A DNA stretch of 64,000 nt from Callorhinchus milii (Eukaryota), in NCBI RefSeq assembly GCF_018977255.1, contig NW_024704743.1, forward strand, positions 20,958,001 through 21,022,000, in the 5' to 3' direction. The first letter of the stretch is position 1. Each line of letters begins with the position of its first letter. Position numbers and translations under genes: made by a program. The notes beneath the pieces are model-generated. The model searched no databases and had not been told where the DNA came from. It saw only the letters and a program-made list of their open reading frames with translations. Positions 60,586-64,000 of the stretch are shown in pieces.

Positions 60586-63500
60586 TGCCTATTTGCCTTG
60601 AATGGAAGTGAAAGTGACCCACAAAGTGTAAAAGCATGAACTACAGATGGTATGTCTTTGAGAGTTGCATTTCTATATGCATTTAGTTGTTTTGCCATTT
60701 GTGCCGCCCTGACATCTTCATTGCATAAATATTCTGAATTATTTGCTTATCATCCATAACTCAATATGTTTTTTTAATGAATTTAAAGATTTTAATGTAG
60801 TAAAGCTTCAAAAAATGTTGGGTCTGAATTTGGTGAAATATTCTGTTGGGAAATGTTTTCACAAATCCAATTTAGAAATGGCTATTTTGTCATGTGAAAT
60901 AGATTGATGCATGAGCATATATAAAACCCTTTTCAGCATTGTATTATTTCACATAGAATAAATTTGGCTTAAGTGTATTAAAGGTGCGAAGGTAGGTAAT
61001 TGATGAACATATTCAGAGTGAATTGGATGACTGACATCTGTTATGTTGACTTACATAAGTTCCTTATACCTTCATATTGATTGAATGATGGAAGCCAAGC
61101 AGTATAAAATCTATAGTAACAAACACAAAAATGGTTCACTATAGCTCAAGGGTATTTTGAATGTTGGTCTAATTTATATTGCAGTAATATTGCATTGTTT
61201 TGTAAATATGGGTTGCTCCAGCACAGCTTCATGATAATGAGTGGGCAAAGACTGGTATGTCACTGGTGTGCTTTATACTTGTCAACCATATTTTTCACTT
61301 CGCCCCCACATCTTGGGCTGGAACTGAAGCCCAAAGCTAGAGAAACCAAAGCATGCCGACATAAGAGGATATCCTGAGGCAAGCACAGACCACCAGAGAA
61401 ATAATGGGAAAATAATAAAAGTAATTAAAAACACCAAAACACTGTATGTAGCATTATACGTTTGTTCTCGCAGCACCTGAACAGTAGTTGTGGACAGAAG
61501 ACTAATATATTTGGTTAGAGAAGTGAAACACTTTGCAGATACTATGATAATAATAATGATTGTTATTAATATTCCTTGTATTCAAAGGCGCATCTTACCA
61601 CAATGTCAAATATATTCAAAGTTTTTTTCAGGACACTACTTTAAAATGTAGTGACTGTATTTGTAGCTCTTATCTCCACAGATACATGAAGTTTGGAAAA
61701 ATCACATTCAGAGTTAGAGTGAATAATGTTTTCTTTATTGTAACCTTATTCATTTGTTTTGAACAGTGAGCAATCAGATACATTGAGTCAATTACAGGTT
61801 TTCTTTGAACTACAAGCCCAGATCTCTGCGGCCTTTTATTTTTGAATCAGTGAGCTCCAATAGTCATCCAAGTTACATTTGGTATTTATTGGCTTTTTTT
61901 CCTTTGGATTAAATTGATGTGTACACATTTATTTGAGGAGGACAAAAACTGTCAAAAGTTTAAATTGAATAACCAAGTTAATCTCCATCTTAATTCAGCA
62001 AATGCAATCACTTTTATTGGTTTAAAAAAAGAAAGTGATTCAATTGTATACTATATGAGATTGAATGTATTTCTCCCCCAACAAAAGGACAGATATTTAT
62101 GAAATGTCTATCAGCCTCGATATTGATTTTGGAAATGTTATGTTTATTGTAGGATTTTTTTATTTGCCTTGAAGTTGCTGACTGATTTATTGACTTCAAG
62201 TAGGTTTCCCCTCCTACTCTCAGTTAATAAGTAGGAAATTCCGCTCCTCTGGAAATTTTTCCCATTGGAAATATTTAGATGGAAATTAACTAGTTTAGTT
62301 GATATAGTATCCAAGGAAGGAAGGAAGGTCATGGTATTTGAAATGACTCATTATTTTGATTAAAAACAAATTACTTGGGCATCATTGTCACCTTTTCTAT
62401 TGGCCTTGACTTTAAAATATACTTTTTATTTGGAAAGGAGGTTAATCCAAACTGCAGGGTCATCTAACGCCTGATTTGGTAAAAATTTTTTGGTTGACAA
62501 AGAGCTGCTTGTTGTCAGAGGCAATGAGGTCAGGCAGCGCAGGAATAGAATTTACTGCTGATTTGCGTTAGGCTCAGCCCGTGCCATTTCTCTAACATGG
62601 TGAATCTGGCAAAGAGTACAGAAATTGTAAGTGTCTGGATTCTCTCCCCCCAAAATGGTTAATAAACACAATTCTTCCTTTCCTTTTTAACATTTTCAAT
62701 GAGCAGTTTGTTCCGACAATAACATACACTTTACCTTTTGAGAACCTTTTTCCTGTCTTAAAATCTGCCTTTGTGTGACAAGAAAAAGAGCATTCAATAA
62801 TGGGTCATAATTTAGGCTGAATCCTCTTTTCAAAAAGTTAAGTGCTTACAACACATTTTTATAAGTTATAAGCCCTAAATTTAGGATGTTCAATAAACTA
62901 CAAAATAAATGCTCTGTTTCAACTCCTCCACAATACAGTGGAAAACAAATGCACATTTGTTACTTTTTTTCCAACCTGTATCCTTTGTTTGTTTTTTTGG
63001 TTGATCCTGAAGCAATCCTGTTTTTAATCTTCCCTACTTGCGAGCTCAGTAAATGATTGCTTGGACCATTAAATTGTACACAAATGAATTTCCCCCCCCA
63101 CTGGTTTTGTTTGCTCACTGTAATCTTGGAACACTGATTTAGTTTGCAAGATGGAATTTTTAGGTACCTGAGTACAAAAACAGATTCCTCACAGAGATAG
63201 TAGCAATTCTAAAGGAAATTAGTAGTACGGAAACAAAAAATAACACTGGATATAACGCATAATGATTTCCATGACTCAAGTAAGGTATGACGCTTGTATA
63301 GACTGGTTTGGAATGGAATTCAAGCCATTGGGCTGAACGCAAAACGAAAGAGAGTTTTAAATTAAGAAAATTAAGAGAGAACTGGAATTGGATATAGCAG
63401 CAAAGGAAGTGTAACAAAATTGTAGTTCTTTGGAACATCCTTCTGACGTGAAAGGTGCTGTACAAATGCAATTTGTTGTTGTTGTCAAAATAAATCTTCT

Positions 63501-64000
63501 AGTGTTATAACTGAGGGTGACAAAATGCATGTCTTCCAGCAAATATTGTGAGAACTCTGGGCTTTGATATTAGCAGCAAAGTGAAGATTATAAGTTGTAT
63601 CAAGGGGCTGAAAGCCAATAAAACCACTGAAATAGATAGTCAGAGACAAGGGAGGAGATTTGTGAAGCACTGTCAGGCATTTTGAGAAAGTCAATCAAAA
63701 GTGAGTACGGTTTGACATTCTAGAAACCAGCAACTGTGGTCCCCACATCCAAAAAAGGTGGCAGATATTGCAGGATATATTAGCATTTCTCAATAACAGT
63801 AATGAAACAAATTTAATTGTGAAAAGCAAAATGGCAGATTGGCTTTAAGAAAAACACCTAATTATATACAGTCGACATGGAACAGGTAGATAGATTTTTT
63901 TTAACAATGTCAAGACTTTTTGGAGGCAATAGCATCCCTATTTCACAGTGGATATCTGGTTGCTGTAGCACACTTAACAGTTAACAAAACACCACAAGAC

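Overview
Eukaryotic, intronic or intergenic DNA, AT-rich and dense in retroelements. The repeat set (Deu-domain tRNA SINEs, L2 and CR1 LINEs, a short Penelope-type element) points to a cartilaginous fish, possibly a chimaera; this is an inference. No complete gene, operon, CRISPR array or intact tRNA/rRNA is visible. Most ORFs in the track are LINE fragments, antisense SINE readings or low-complexity artefacts. A + strand host gene is suggested by a promoter/first-exon-like cluster at about 52.8-54.8 kb (ATG exon MSGNRVQFAGLPPLGDGKDGHK..., not identified) and a 63-bp candidate exon at 17.5 kb. The most notable sequence-level observations are: (1) a 145-bp hammerhead-ribozyme-core element with a perfect 14-bp target-site duplication inside a SINE; (2) two young L2 copies sharing the same 1-nt frameshift just after YADD; (3) the youngest SINEs carrying the 3' stem-loop loop sequence of the young L2; (4) a local duplication whose copies differ by an exact 39-bp micro-inversion; (5) a 49-bp-arm hairpin; (6) an L2 with its endonuclease end fused directly to the 3' UTR. 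I did not find a clearly novel multi-gene system. Repeat boundaries are approximate unless junction sequences are quoted.
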